59,978 nucleotides of DNA from an uncultured virus (IMG/VR IMGVR_UViG_3300032050_000029). Taxonomy: Duplodnaviria > Heunggongvirae > Uroviricota > Caudoviricetes. The notes under the pieces are model-generated. The model searched no databases. It was not told the DNA's origin and saw only the letters and a list, made by a program, of their open reading frames with translations. A program made the translations under genes and the position numbers. Below, one piece after another: positions 48,452 to 59,176 of the stretch. The stretch is taken from positions 62,001-121,978 of the IMG/VR virus record IMGVR_UViG_3300032050_000029. The stretch is one strand, 5' to 3'. The first letter of the stretch is position 1, and every line of letters starts with the position of its first letter.

Positions 48452-49529
48452 AAGAAGGTGCTAATGTTTGTTTATACAATTCAGATACTGACTTAATAAG
48501 TCTTTCTTTTAGGTCATCATCATAACCTAAACCATTTATAAAGTCAGCAGCAATTGTCATTAAATTAAATTCTCCATTAAAGTCAGAAGACTGTACATCG
48601 TCATCTAATTCGATTGGATTTTCTTCATCGTATATCTTAGGTTCTAGATTCTTGGCATATCCATCCATAAAATCCATAAACTTATTAATATTATACTTAC
48701 CTAGAACGTTGGATGGAATATTAATATCAACAAAATTATCTTTAATTTCATTAAGTATATCCTCCATACGCCTCTCTAGAATATCATTTATATAATACCG
48801 AATAAAGATAGGTGATCTCTCATTCTGGATAAATTCATGATTACCAGTCTTAAGATCTAGTAGATATATTCCTTTAATATTTCCACGGTCGGATCTTGTC
48901 ATTTGATATGGATTACCTACCAAAATAAAGTTTTCTTTTTCTTGACGATAATGAATATGACCAGAATAAACCCTCTTAAATCTTTTAAATGTACTTAGAT
49001 CATTTCCACCTTCGTGGAGATGTTTTGTGCTAGGGCTAGTTTGTACCCCTTGGGTTTCCGTATGACAAAACATATAATCAATCTTCTTCTTAATTGAAGA
49101 TAGAGTTTCTTTTTCATGTTCAGCATTTCTACGCCAAGGCATTAGAAGACAAGTAGCACCGTCATATTCCAAAATCTTAGGTTCTTTATGTACAGTAACA
49201 TTAGGAATATACTTAAGGCAATCAACAGAAGATATATCATTTGAATTCTTTCTCATGATATCATGATTACCAACTATGATATGTATTTCTGGGAATATTT
49301 TTGAGAGTTCTTCAAAAACTCGTATGCCTAAATCTTGAGCAGCTAGGTTTAAACTTTGGCGGTTATCAAATACATCACCTAAGTGAAAAAGAACATCGCC
49401 CTGTTTATACTCTTTCTTTACAAGAGGAATAAAAAAGTTAAAGAAATAATCTTCAATGATACCAAGCCACAGAACAGAATTAGATCTGCAGCCAAGGTGT
49501 GTATCACTTATCATCCAAACTCTACTCAT
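48441..49529 (-). CDS. gp47: Mre11/SbcD-like nuclease
   Basis: SDTHLG, GDVFD, GNHD, SGHIH. Confidence 0.93.
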   Translation of the reverse strand: MSRVWMISDTHLGCRSNSVLWLGIIEDYFFNFFIPLVKKEYKQGDVLFHLGDVFDNRQSLNLAAQDLGIRVFEELSKIFPEIHIIVGNHDIMRKNSNDISSVDCLKYIPNVTVHKEPKILEYDGATCLLMPWRRNAEHEKETLSSIKKKIDYMFCHTETQGVQTSPSTKHLHEGGNDLSTFKRFKRVYSGHIHYRQEKENFILVGNPYQMTRSDRGNIKGIYLLDLKTGNHEFIQNERSPIFIRYYINDILERRMEDILNEIKDNFVDINIPSNVLGKYNINKFMDFMDGYAKNLEPKIYDEENPIELDDDVQSSDFNGEFNLMTIAADFINGLGYDDDLKERLIKSVSELYKQTLAPSYED

Positions 49530-49530
49530 A

Positions 49531-49965
49531 TTAAAATAATTTTCTTATCTTTCGTTTTTCTAAAATATTATACTTATCATCAAGTTCCTTAATTAATTCA
49601 TCCTTGAATTTATTTGATAATGAGTTATAGAACTTATTAGGAAAAACATCAAAGTAATCTGATATAACACTAAATAGATCAACTCTGGTATATGAAGTAC
49701 CTAAATGTTCAATGATATGAAAATAGATCTTATTAATCTGAACCTTATTAAGTTTCTTAATTACGCCATCTTTAGTTACCATATTAAGATGTTCGAATTC
49801 ACTACCACGAATTAAGGAATCCACTTTTGAAAATAGCATATTATAATGCATCTTATCATCAGGGTCCATGTTATCACCATAGGTATTAGAAACATTAAAT
49901 GTTATCTTATTTTCAGACGGATCCTGTTCGCCGTATGAATTATTGAAAATCTTGTCGTGTTGCAT
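49531..49965 (-). CDS. Hypothetical protein
   Basis: 144-aa ORF. Confidence 0.65.
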   Translation of the reverse strand: MQHDKIFNNSYGEQDPSENKITFNVSNTYGDNMDPDDKMHYNMLFSKVDSLIRGSEFEHLNMVTKDGVIKKLNKVQINKIYFHIIEHLGTSYTRVDLFSVISDYFDVFPNKFYNSLSNKFKDELIKELDDKYNILEKRKIRKLF

Positions 49966-49970
49966 AAATG

Positions 49971-51257
49971 TTAATGTGTTATATCATCAGTTTCGGTAAG
50001 GCGCATGTTATCATAGTTTATATTAAATCTGCATCGGCTGCCTTTTCCTTGACCATCACGAATTTTTAGAACCTTTAACCAATACTCACGATTTGCATGC
50101 ATCATACTATCTTGAATAAGAGCATACATTACATCGGCGGTATGGGCAAGACCTGCAGATTCAGCAATGTTTTCCATTTTAATTTCAGTTGAATCCCAGG
50201 CACCACGATTAAGCTGTGTTGCAGAGATTACTAACATATCTCTCTTTACTGCCAATGCCCTAAGATCTTCAGCGATTTGCTTAATCTTCATATAGGTATT
50301 TTCAGTATTAGGATTGCGATAGTTAGATAAAATGTTAATGTAGTCAACTACCAAAACATTAACTTTATGATCTTGTGATTCTTGTAATTCTTTAAGATAG
50401 GCTTCTATATCAAGAACAGAACCTTGTGATGTTGGAAATTCCTTAATAAAAAGTTTTCCTGGTGGTAATAAACCGCGAGATATCTTTTCTAATCGGCGTT
50501 TCATAAAATCACGATTAACTGATTTTTGATCATACTCCATCATAGGAATATCTAAAAGGTTAGCACCAATTCTTTTAAGAACTTTTTGTGCAGACATTTC
50601 AGCAGTAATGAATACTACATTATGACCCATCCTTACAAAGTTAGCAGCATCATTTGCCAACCAAATAGACTTACCTACGTTTTGTTCACCTGCATATATT
50701 ACTAATGATTTAGGATCATAACCACCACCTGATACATTATCAATAAAAGTCCAACCTGTTTCTAGTTTCTTATTCTTTCGCTGTATGTGATGTTCAGGAT
50801 TAAAGAAGTCTAAACCTATATCAGAATCAAAACTTAATGAACCTTCTCCTGATATCATACCAATTGCTCTGGTTACAATATCTTCAACATTATCAGGTGA
50901 TACATCTTGTGTTTTTACATATTCAATTGTTTTAACCAATTGCTTATCAAAATGTTTCCATTTAATCCATGATTCACTGGTTCTTTTTATCCAATCCTGA
51001 TCATACTCATTAATGTTTATTGAATAAACCGCAGAAACGATTTCATCGGAAATTTCATTAGGATCATCTTTAACTAAAGCTTTCATTTGATCCTTTGATG
51101 GACTTTCTCCAAATTTGGTATGAAAATCTTTTGCTAATTTTGCAAGATGATCTACATCACTATTAGAAAAGAAACCTGGTTTTACCGACTTAAGGTAATG
51201 AGGCTTATTTATAAAATAGTTAAAGAATATTTTTTCGTGATCTACGCCTGAATACAT
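49971..51257 (-). CDS. gp41: Replicative DnaB-like helicase
   Basis: GEQNVGKS, TAEMS, VVDY, ATQLNR. Confidence 0.92.
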   Translation of the reverse strand: MYSGVDHEKIFFNYFINKPHYLKSVKPGFFSNSDVDHLAKLAKDFHTKFGESPSKDQMKALVKDDPNEISDEIVSAVYSININEYDQDWIKRTSESWIKWKHFDKQLVKTIEYVKTQDVSPDNVEDIVTRAIGMISGEGSLSFDSDIGLDFFNPEHHIQRKNKKLETGWTFIDNVSGGGYDPKSLVIYAGEQNVGKSIWLANDAANFVRMGHNVVFITAEMSAQKVLKRIGANLLDIPMMEYDQKSVNRDFMKRRLEKISRGLLPPGKLFIKEFPTSQGSVLDIEAYLKELQESQDHKVNVLVVDYINILSNYRNPNTENTYMKIKQIAEDLRALAVKRDMLVISATQLNRGAWDSTEIKMENIAESAGLAHTADVMYALIQDSMMHANREYWLKVLKIRDGQGKGSRCRFNINYDNMRLTETDDITH

Positions 51258-51290
51258 GTTTATTTTTTTATGAAAATAGTTGACTTAGTT

Positions 51291-51590
51291 TTATTCATAA
51301 GGATTTTTAAGTACCTCGTATGTTACATATGCCGAGGTGGAATTAACTTCTCCTAAAATTTTATCTGCAACTAATCTCTCTATTATAGTGGAGGTCTGTT
51401 CTTCGGTTAAACTGTATTTCTTTTGTAAAGAAACATTAGTGAATTTAATCTCCTTTGCAACTTTACCACAATAATCTCTAATTAATTCAAAGATTACATC
51501 TTCAGGATCGGGATATCCTGATAATGCCGTGTGATTGCCTAATACATACTTAACCTTAAGTTTAGCAGTATTAAGCGTTTTCTTCAGCAT
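51291..51590 (-). CDS. Hypothetical protein (winged-helix-like)
   Basis: 99-aa ORF. Confidence 0.55.
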   Translation of the reverse strand: MLKKTLNTAKLKVKYVLGNHTALSGYPDPEDVIFELIRDYCGKVAKEIKFTNVSLQKKYSLTEEQTSTIIERLVADKILGEVNSTSAYVTYEVLKNPYE

Positions 51591-52770
51591 GTTCAGAAAG
51601 AATTTCAGTTAGGTTACCAAGATCTACATCATCAGTTCCATAACAGAACTTAGCATTAACAATAGGTTCTAAACGATCAAGAACATCTTGTGTGATTACT
51701 CTAGGCGTAAATAATTCATTTAGTTCAACTAGGTCATTAAGATGGGCAACTGCTAATTTACGAGCGGTTGCTGAAGGTTGAAAATAAACGGTTACTTCTT
51801 TACCGTCTCTGTTATAAATATGTTGACGACATTCAGTTTTACCTGCTTCAGTTAGTTTTTCATATTGACCTTCTGTAATGAATCTTCCTTTTTCAATACC
51901 GCAATTATCCCAACTAATATATTCCTCTAATCCAATATAAGGATTCATTCCTTTACTAAATGAAATGTGGAATTTAATTGGAGAAGGTTTTGCAAAACGG
52001 TTCTTATTAGGTTTAGCAGTTACAACAATACCAGTTTGTTCTGTACCTTCTTTAAGTTTTGCCTTACCTAAGAAAAGAATGATTGATGCAGCATATTCCG
52101 GACCGGTACCACCACCTGAAACCGTTTGTGAAAATAGGTCTTGTGTTTGGTATGTGTGGTTAGTGAATAAGAAAGGAATCTTACAGATACCTAATTTAGT
52201 CATAAGAATACGAAATGCAGATTTCAATAATTTAGCACGGGTCATATCTGCTTTATCAGATCCACTCTTGGCATCATCAATTTCTTTTTGTGTAGCAAGG
52301 TTACCGGCAGAATCCAATGCAATAAGAATCTTTGGTAATTCTACTCCTTTACTTTTTTGTTCAATTAATAGGTCAGTTAATGCAGTTACCGAACTTCTAA
52401 ATTCTTGAACAGTATTACACGGTTCATAGCGGAATTTTGAAGGATCAATTCCAAACTTTTCAACTAGGTCACGATCTACTGCATTTTCAGAATCGTAAAA
52501 TACAATACTATAACCCATAAGTTGAGCCTGTTTAATTGCATTAAGAAGAAGGAATGTTTTTCCAGTTCCTGATGGTCCGGCTAATGCAACTGCTCTGTTA
52601 TTAGGATATCCGCCACTAAAGGAGCCGGTTAAACATGCATTAAGATTAAAATTGCCAGTTGGGATGAAGTGATCAATTTCTGATACTGTTGATTTATCAA
52701 GAGTGTCTCCATACTGAGAGTGTTTTGACATTTCCTTGTTTAAATCGTCGAATGAAAATTCTTTACTCAT
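51571..52770 (-). CDS. uvsX: RecA-like recombinase
   Basis: GPSGTGKT, YDSE, LDS, NHTY, SGG. Confidence 0.92.
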   Translation of the reverse strand: MSKEFSFDDLNKEMSKHSQYGDTLDKSTVSEIDHFIPTGNFNLNACLTGSFSGGYPNNRAVALAGPSGTGKTFLLLNAIKQAQLMGYSIVFYDSENAVDRDLVEKFGIDPSKFRYEPCNTVQEFRSSVTALTDLLIEQKSKGVELPKILIALDSAGNLATQKEIDDAKSGSDKADMTRAKLLKSAFRILMTKLGICKIPFLFTNHTYQTQDLFSQTVSGGGTGPEYAASIILFLGKAKLKEGTEQTGIVVTAKPNKNRFAKPSPIKFHISFSKGMNPYIGLEEYISWDNCGIEKGRFITEGQYEKLTEAGKTECRQHIYNRDGKEVTVYFQPSATARKLAVAHLNDLVELNELFTPRVITQDVLDRLEPIVNAKFCYGTDDVDLGNLTEILSEHAEENA

Positions 52771-52793
52771 ATTCTTTTATTTTTATATGCAAA

Positions 52794-53687
52794 TTACTTA
52801 CTATTGTTTAATAAAAATTTATCCTTAAAGATAGTCTTCCAATATTGATTAACAACATTATCCCAATTAAGTTCCTTAGTTATTTCATCATATACTTCTT
52901 CTGTATATTTTTTAAGTTTATCTGGATTAAGATTAAAATCTTTTATGATACTTACCGCTTCTTCAACGGTTTCAAATGTTTTAATACTCTTAAATTTATT
53001 TGCAAATCCTGTTTTAGTTGATAATACAGGAATTTTACAAAATGCGGCTTCAGCTATTCCATAAGGTCCTCTATCATTAGTACTTGTACAAATATACATA
53101 TCAATATCATTATACATAGTCCGAGATTCGCCTAAGTCTTTACCATGAATAAATACCGCATCACCACCAATACCTTTTGCAATGTTAACTAACATATGAG
53201 GTCTTTTTATCTGATCCCAACCAGGATTTATGAAAGGGGCTCCATTAAGACCTACTTTATTAATCTTTGTTACTTTGCGATTAGGAATAAATTCTTTGGA
53301 ATCAACGCCAGCTATTATAAGAGAGGAGTCCAGATTATACTGTTCTTTAAGTACTTTTTGCAAGTCTTCGCCAGCAGAACACCAGGTAATACCTTCTCTA
53401 GGTATAATATTTTCTCTAAAATGAGAACTAAGATTTGGGATAGACCATATTGCACATACCATTTTTTGATATGCTTCTTTAGGAAGTCCTTCTATAGCAG
53501 ATAGTGTGCCATTACCTAATATAATATCAAATTCTTTCCACCCACCATCTCTCCAAAGATAATTAACATGGTCTGAATTAGACCAGTTAAAATGAACAAA
53601 TTCATACTCGTCAGATAAAGCATTACCTAGACCAGTATGAATTCGTCCTATAGCCCAACCGGGCTCATTATATGTTGCTATTCTGGT
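52794..53687 (-). CDS. GT-B glycosyltransferase domain; frame opens at the A9 run with no ATG for 75 codons
   Basis: TRIATYNEPGWAIGRI...DMYICTS..GPYGIAEAAFCKIPVLST. Confidence 0.7.
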   Translation of the reverse strand, partial: TRIATYNEPGWAIGRIHTGLGNALSDEYEFVHFNWSNSDHVNYLWRDGGWKEFDIILGNGTLSAIEGLPKEAYQKMVCAIWSIPNLSSHFRENIIPREGITWCSAGEDLQKVLKEQYNLDSSLIIAGVDSKEFIPNRKVTKINKVGLNGAPFINPGWDQIKRPHMLVNIAKGIGGDAVFIHGKDLGESRTMYNDIDMYICTSTNDRGPYGIAEAAFCKIPVLSTKTGFANKFKSIKTFETVEEAVSIIKDFNLNPDKLKKYTEEVYDEITKELNWDNVVNQYWKTIFKDKFLLNNSK

Positions 53688-54859
53688 TTTTTTTTCCCTC
53701 TATTAGTAGAATACATTTTTTCAACCCATTTTTTAGTATATAATTCTGGATCTTCTATTGTGTACCAACCTTTATCTAGTGTTACATATAAGGCTTCTCT
53801 AAAATATTTTTCATATTTTGGAGCAATTGCCTCAAGAGAGAAGTTTTCGCCATGCTTACGGCAATCGATAGATTTAATTTTACCAGCTTGGCAATCGCGA
53901 GCGGCTTTAACAAAATCTTCAAAAGAACGGCAGCGATATCCAGTTACACCATGAATATTATTTTCAGCAAATGCACCCCAATCAGTCGTAATTGTTGGAG
54001 TACCACATAATAGGTTTTCAATTTGAACTCCACCAAAAGGTTCAACATACATTGAAGGTAAGAATGATGCAATTGCGCCTTTCATTAAATTCTTTCTCTG
54101 TTCTGCATCAACATATCCAATGAATTCAACGTGTTTAGGCCACGGATTCTTTGTATAAAATTCATCACCAATTTGTCCGGCTATTTTAAGCTTTGCTCCA
54201 ATTGCCTCGGTTGCCTGGATTGCAATATTAACACCTTTACCATCATATACACGGCCTACATAAAGGAAGTAGTCTTCTTTCTTTGTTGAATATTCAAATT
54301 CGTCAAGATCAAAATAATTAGGAATAACCTGGTCATACCAGCTCTGACGACACATACTTACATTACCTAAACCGCAGTACGCATGGTAAATTGCATATGA
54401 TTCAAAGATCTTAAATACTGACCACATACCACCTGCATATCCAATGCCTGGTTCAATAATACATAAATCAGGGTGGGCATCACAGATAGGACGAACACCA
54501 GATCCCCAGAAAGGCAAAATAATATCACCGGGTTGTTTTCTCTTTTCTATTTCTTGAATAGCATTTTTATAAAATGTTTGATATGCTTCATCCTGTGTAT
54601 CATACTTAAATAAATGAGTCTTATAATCATGACTTCCATAAACCTTTTCCCAAACATCATTTGTAATTACTGTGATGTTTTCATTTGCATCCGGGTTAGA
54701 ATCTTCATGACCATAATGCATTAAGTAATGTCCTCGTGATTTCATCATTTTACAAAACTTCCATGCCTTTTGTGTATAGGCACAAGCAGTAAAATCTTTA
54801 GTTGTTTTAGTATGAGGTAAACCTAAAACGTGTATTCTGAACTTTTTGTCTTTTTCCAT
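53678..54859 (-). CDS. GT-B (GT4-like) glycosyltransferase
   Basis: VGRVYDGKG, EPFGGVQIE, GTPTITTD. Confidence 0.88.
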   Translation of the reverse strand: MEKDKKFRIHVLGLPHTKTTKDFTACAYTQKAWKFCKMMKSRGHYLMHYGHEDSNPDANENITVITNDVWEKVYGSHDYKTHLFKYDTQDEAYQTFYKNAIQEIEKRKQPGDIILPFWGSGVRPICDAHPDLCIIEPGIGYAGGMWSVFKIFESYAIYHAYCGLGNVSMCRQSWYDQVIPNYFDLDEFEYSTKKEDYFLYVGRVYDGKGVNIAIQATEAIGAKLKIAGQIGDEFYTKNPWPKHVEFIGYVDAEQRKNLMKGAIASFLPSMYVEPFGGVQIENLLCGTPTITTDWGAFAENNIHGVTGYRCRSFEDFVKAARDCQAGKIKSIDCRKHGENFSLEAIAPKYEKYFREALYVTLDKGWYTIEDPELYTKKWVEKMYSTNRGKKKPE

Positions 54860-54872
54860 ATTTTATTTATTT

Positions 54873-55991
54873 TTAGAATAAACTCGTTGTATAAATAAGA
54901 TTTCTATTAAATCCCTTAAATCCCATTGCAGTTACTACTCTATTTATTGGATCTAAAATTGTCTTTTCAAATTGTACATCATAATCTACTTGAGGTGAAA
55001 ATTCATAAGGATATTCGCCCGGAGTATATGCAAATACATCACATGATTTATCAGTAGAAAAGTACATTTTTAATTTTTCACCGTTTCCTAAAGGCTTATA
55101 CTTTCCTTTAAGTTTATTGTTATTATTCAAAAGGTAATTATGATAACCTGCAGCCCTTACACCTATTGGGCATTTAGAACCAATTTCAAATTGATCATAA
55201 TCATTAATAATGTAGTTTTGATAGTTATTAACCTTTTTAGAGAAACTAATTTGATCAATATTTGCAAGTTTAAACTGCCTCTTAATATCTTTTAATAAAG
55301 CGGCAAACTCTTTCATATTTAGTTGGTTATTTGAAAAGATATAGGTTAACAGTTCCTTTAGTTTCTCTCTTGCAAACTGTGGGGTTGATGATTGAATAAT
55401 CTCAAACCCCTTGGCACTAATTTTACTTAGTTCATCATAATGAATATCAGGATCTTTCCATACAATGTTTTGCATATACTTTTTCTTGGCAAGCCATATT
55501 GCATTTTTAGCAATACTCTCCAATTCAAAGCTTAAGAAGTTTTCAGCATTATTATCATCAGCATATTTCTGAAGAATCTTTTCAATATAATCTGCTAACC
55601 TAGTTTTATAGAGGTTAAGAATAAACTCCTTTTCGTTGCCAGACCAATCAGATTTTTCAATAACTTCATCAAACTTAACATAGATTGAATCCGTATCAAT
55701 ATAAATACCTACTGGTTTTTCAATTTTACCAGTGACAGTAATACCCATTTGTTTATGGGTTTCTAAATCTTTATGCCAAAATTCACGGAAGTATTTATTA
55801 ATTAGTTTTTCAGTGTAGAGAATTGCATCCTTTCCCTGAAGAGTAATAGTTTCCGCAATATCAACATTAAAGAAATAGAAGTAAGGATTACCAAATGCAC
55901 CATAAATAGAGTTAAGCATTAGCTTAACAGCCTGTTCATAGTTATAATATTTGGAAGCCTCTTCTTTAATCTGTTGTATCTCTTCAGTCAT
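54873..55991 (-). CDS. gp43: Family B DNA polymerase, C-terminal subunit only (split gp43)
   Basis: KLMLNSIYG (motif B), YIDTDS (motif C), KKKY; no exonuclease domain or motif A. Confidence 0.88.
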   Translation of the reverse strand: MTEEIQQIKEEASKYYNYEQAVKLMLNSIYGAFGNPYFYFFNVDIAETITLQGKDAILYTEKLINKYFREFWHKDLETHKQMGITVTGKIEKPVGIYIDTDSIYVKFDEVIEKSDWSGNEKEFILNLYKTRLADYIEKILQKYADDNNAENFLSFELESIAKNAIWLAKKKYMQNIVWKDPDIHYDELSKISAKGFEIIQSSTPQFAREKLKELLTYIFSNNQLNMKEFAALLKDIKRQFKLANIDQISFSKKVNNYQNYIINDYDQFEIGSKCPIGVRAAGYHNYLLNNNNKLKGKYKPLGNGEKLKMYFSTDKSCDVFAYTPGEYPYEFSPQVDYDVQFEKTILDPINRVVTAMGFKGFNRNLIYTTSLF

Positions 55992-56110
55992 ATTTTATTT
56001 TTATATGAAACCTTTGTAAAAGGTTTAACTTTAATATTCCGTTATTACTCGTAACGGAAAGGAATTTTCATTCCTCTCCGCTTGAGAATCTAAGTTAATA
56101 GATTATGAGA

Positions 56111-56860
56111 TTATTCTTCATCAGTAATAGCAACGGCTACAGTAAGATGCGTATTAGTATCTAATGAACGAAATACTACTTTATTCTCGCATACCATTAC
56201 CTTGTAATTTTCCTTATCTAGAAGGTTCAAATACTTTTTGTAAATAACCACCTTTGCACCGCTATCAACATTACTTTCAAATGTATGACAAAGTGTAGCA
56301 TCGTATGAAGAACCTTTGATACAGATTCCTTTATTACTTGTGTAAATAGTAAAAGTATCTTCATCCTTATCAAGGTTAAACAATGATTTCATTTTATCTA
56401 CATGAGTAGTAAGAAGATCAAATTCAAACATTTTGTTATCGGTACCAAAGGCACGATCAGTTTCTTCTTTACTCATTTCCATAAAAGAAAGTGAAGGATC
56501 GGTACAAGCAAGACTGATTTGAAGATCATCATTTTCTAAGATAAAATCACTTGCCATTAATTCTCCATCGTATTCAGTATATCTGATACGTCCTTTAACA
56601 TCTCCGTTAAAATGAGTAAGAGCATCAATTACTTTACTCCCATTATAAAAGCTTACCTTGAGCGGGGAACTAATCTCTGCATCAAAGATATCCTTTGTTG
56701 GCGTGTTAACTAATTTAACCGCATCTCTCTCAGGAAAATATACTGATGAAACGGTTCCTTCCTTACCAATCTTCATAAAGATGAATTTATCAATTGGAAG
56801 AAGCTTCTTAACAAACGAACTTAATTCGTATGCATCGATTTTGTTAATTGTGGTTTCCAT
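56111..56860 (-). CDS. Probable sliding clamp
   Basis: 249 aa with two-domain clamp-like pattern, next to the polymerase. Confidence 0.55.
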   Translation of the reverse strand: METTINKIDAYELSSFVKKLLPIDKFIFMKIGKEGTVSSVYFPERDAVKLVNTPTKDIFDAEISSPLKVSFYNGSKVIDALTHFNGDVKGRIRYTEYDGELMASDFILENDDLQISLACTDPSLSFMEMSKEETDRAFGTDNKMFEFDLLTTHVDKMKSLFNLDKDEDTFTIYTSNKGICIKGSSYDATLCHTFESNVDSGAKVVIYKKYLNLLDKENYKVMVCENKVVFRSLDTNTHLTVAVAITDEE

Positions 56861-56906
56861 TATTTGTTTTTTAATTATATTGATTATTGATTACTTGGTT
56901 TTAAGA

Positions 56907-57917
56907 TTAAAAGACAGATGACACTTTAACTGCAGATTTTTTCATTTTACTTTGAACTGCTTTAAATGCAGGAGGTCTCCATGATTCATCATATAAGATA
57001 TCCTTCAATTCATATTTAGGTTGATATTCAAATCCAAACTTCCACTCAATTCCTCGTAAGAACTGACGTAAGAAAATAGGCTTCTTTGTTCCAATAGGAT
57101 AATGCAAAAGTGACGGTGTAACTTGCTTTAGATAAAGAGGCTGTATATTATTAGCAAGAGCTTCCTTATCAACATTTTGCATAAGACGAAGATCTTTACT
57201 CTTTAACATATTTACAGTTCTGCCTTCCTTTCTAAGTCTATGAAAGTTAAAATGATGGAACCTCTGTTCTACAGTCCAACTCGTATATCCTACAAAATCA
57301 AAGAATAGGTGATGTACCATCTTGTGATTCATAAATCTTTGAAAGTAATATTCCATTTTAGGATCATGGCCATAAATAACATTTCCTGCATTAATTGATA
57401 ATGCATTCATTTCTTCTAATGTAAAATTACTTTCAAAGATTTCATTAAATGCAGAAAGTACTTCATACTTATCAGCATTTCTTAGATTAAAAAGATTTTC
57501 TTTTTTATAACCGAACTCTTGGTATTCGGTAAACATATAACTTAAATCATTAAAGATAAATACATCATCATCTGAAACATAGGTTCTTTTAACTTTATAC
57601 TTATCTAAAAGATACATTGGCATTAAAGCCTTAAATAGACAGCCATGAGTATAAAGGAATTCTTTAGCCTTACCTTCATACTCATGCTTCTCTACATAAT
57701 AATCATATACGCCCTTAATACTGATATAGGTTGCATTCTTGAATGATTCAATATTATGATTACCTATAACTTCTCTTACACTTTCCTCGGTGACTTTAGT
57801 ATCATCTAAGAAAAGGTAAATATCAAAATTTTCTTGAACATCCTTAGGATAGTATGTTAAAAGAATGTTCATAAACTCATGGCTAGAAACGCCAATCGCT
57901 AATGCATTTTCTCTCAT
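56907..57917 (-). CDS. Putative GT-A glycosyltransferase
   Basis: SDDDVF (DxD), INAG, EQ motifs. Confidence 0.55.
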   Translation of the reverse strand: MRENALAIGVSSHEFMNILLTYYPKDVQENFDIYLFLDDTKVTEESVREVIGNHNIESFKNATYISIKGVYDYYVEKHEYEGKAKEFLYTHGCLFKALMPMYLLDKYKVKRTYVSDDDVFIFNDLSYMFTEYQEFGYKKENLFNLRNADKYEVLSAFNEIFESNFTLEEMNALSINAGNVIYGHDPKMEYYFQRFMNHKMVHHLFFDFVGYTSWTVEQRFHHFNFHRLRKEGRTVNMLKSKDLRLMQNVDKEALANNIQPLYLKQVTPSLLHYPIGTKKPIFLRQFLRGIEWKFGFEYQPKYELKDILYDESWRPPAFKAVQSKMKKSAVKVSSVF

Positions 57918-59176
57918 ATTACACTGTTTACTTTATATCTTTTTTTAGGTTCTTGATTAAGTTCTTCAACTTCAATTATTTTATTTAAGGTATTGTCCTG
58001 CTTCATGAATTTATACTGTGTCATTTTAGCAGTACCTTGACAGAATTTTTTAACCTCATCAGCCATATCCTGCGCAGTTCTTACTGGCACATTTTGTGCA
58101 ATATGATTTATGTGGCGAGAATCTTGAATTTCAAAATCATGAGGCATACCCATAAGATGTAACATTTCTCTTACATTAAGATAACGATTTTCTACAGGGT
58201 GTACGCCGTTAAACATATTTCTTCCGATAAGAGCAGAAAAAGAATCATGGAAAAAGTGTGGAGATGCATCCCAATATCCTTTTCCATCATCAACTTTAGC
58301 CTGTTGGTGTTGGAGCATATCAATAAACGTTTTAGTACTTTTCTTATTAGAAAATCCTTCCTTTGGATATTTTTCTTGTAACCAAGAGATACATTCATCA
58401 ATTAGTTTATGTTCATCGAGATATTGTGCAATGGTACCTTTCTTAAATTCCGCAGCAAATTCTGCATGAGTTAAACCTTTCTTTTCAAGAATAAATTCAT
58501 AAGGTCTAAAGTGGTCAGTTACTTTTCCATCCACCATAAACATATCTTGTAGAGTTGCATCTTCAGGAATTTCATTTAGATATTCTAATAAAGTTTTTCT
58601 TTCCCTAAATTTCCAATCCAACATAGGTACAGTTGGAGTGTTCCAAAAGAAATAGAATGTACGGATTCTTCTTTGAGGAATACCATGCAATTCAGTATTA
58701 GTTTTAATAAGAGAAAAACTATAACCATGTTTTTCAGCAATTTCCTTAAGCCTACGAACTACACCTTCACCCATTTTAGTAAAAAGACCTGGCGCATTTT
58801 CACCCCAAAGAACTTTAGGTTTTACGTGTTCTAAAATATATTCAGATGATTCATACATCCATTTATTTTGAACCGCGTCAGATCCACGAGAAGCGGCACT
58901 ACCTCTAGCAGAATTAAGTAGACTAAGACCTGCGCATGGACATACAGAGTTTACATAATCAACATTTTCAAATGTATTATTAGGAATCTCAAGTTCAGGG
59001 TGATCTAAACGATACATAGGAATACCTTCCCAATATCTTTCTATATGACTTTCATTTGCAGCAAATGCTTCATAACTTAAATGAAATGCAGGTTTAGATT
59101 CAGCTGACCTAGAACAACCTATTGCACTTCCACCGATAAGGGGAATAATTGTACCCCATTTAATTTCTTTACTCAT
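57914..59176 (-). CDS. C5-cytosine methyltransferase-like protein
   Basis: PCAGLS, ENAP, GIPQRRIRTF, RYLNVRE..MGMP. Confidence 0.75.
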   Translation of the reverse strand: MSKEIKWGTIIPLIGGSAIGCSRSAESKPAFHLSYEAFAANESHIERYWEGIPMYRLDHPELEIPNNTFENVDYVNSVCPCAGLSLLNSARGSAASRGSDAVQNKWMYESSEYILEHVKPKVLWGENAPGLFTKMGEGVVRRLKEIAEKHGYSFSLIKTNTELHGIPQRRIRTFYFFWNTPTVPMLDWKFRERKTLLEYLNEIPEDATLQDMFMVDGKVTDHFRPYEFILEKKGLTHAEFAAEFKKGTIAQYLDEHKLIDECISWLQEKYPKEGFSNKKSTKTFIDMLQHQQAKVDDGKGYWDASPHFFHDSFSALIGRNMFNGVHPVENRYLNVREMLHLMGMPHDFEIQDSRHINHIAQNVPVRTAQDMADEVKKFCQGTAKMTQYKFMKQDNTLNKIIEVEELNQEPKKRYKVNSVI

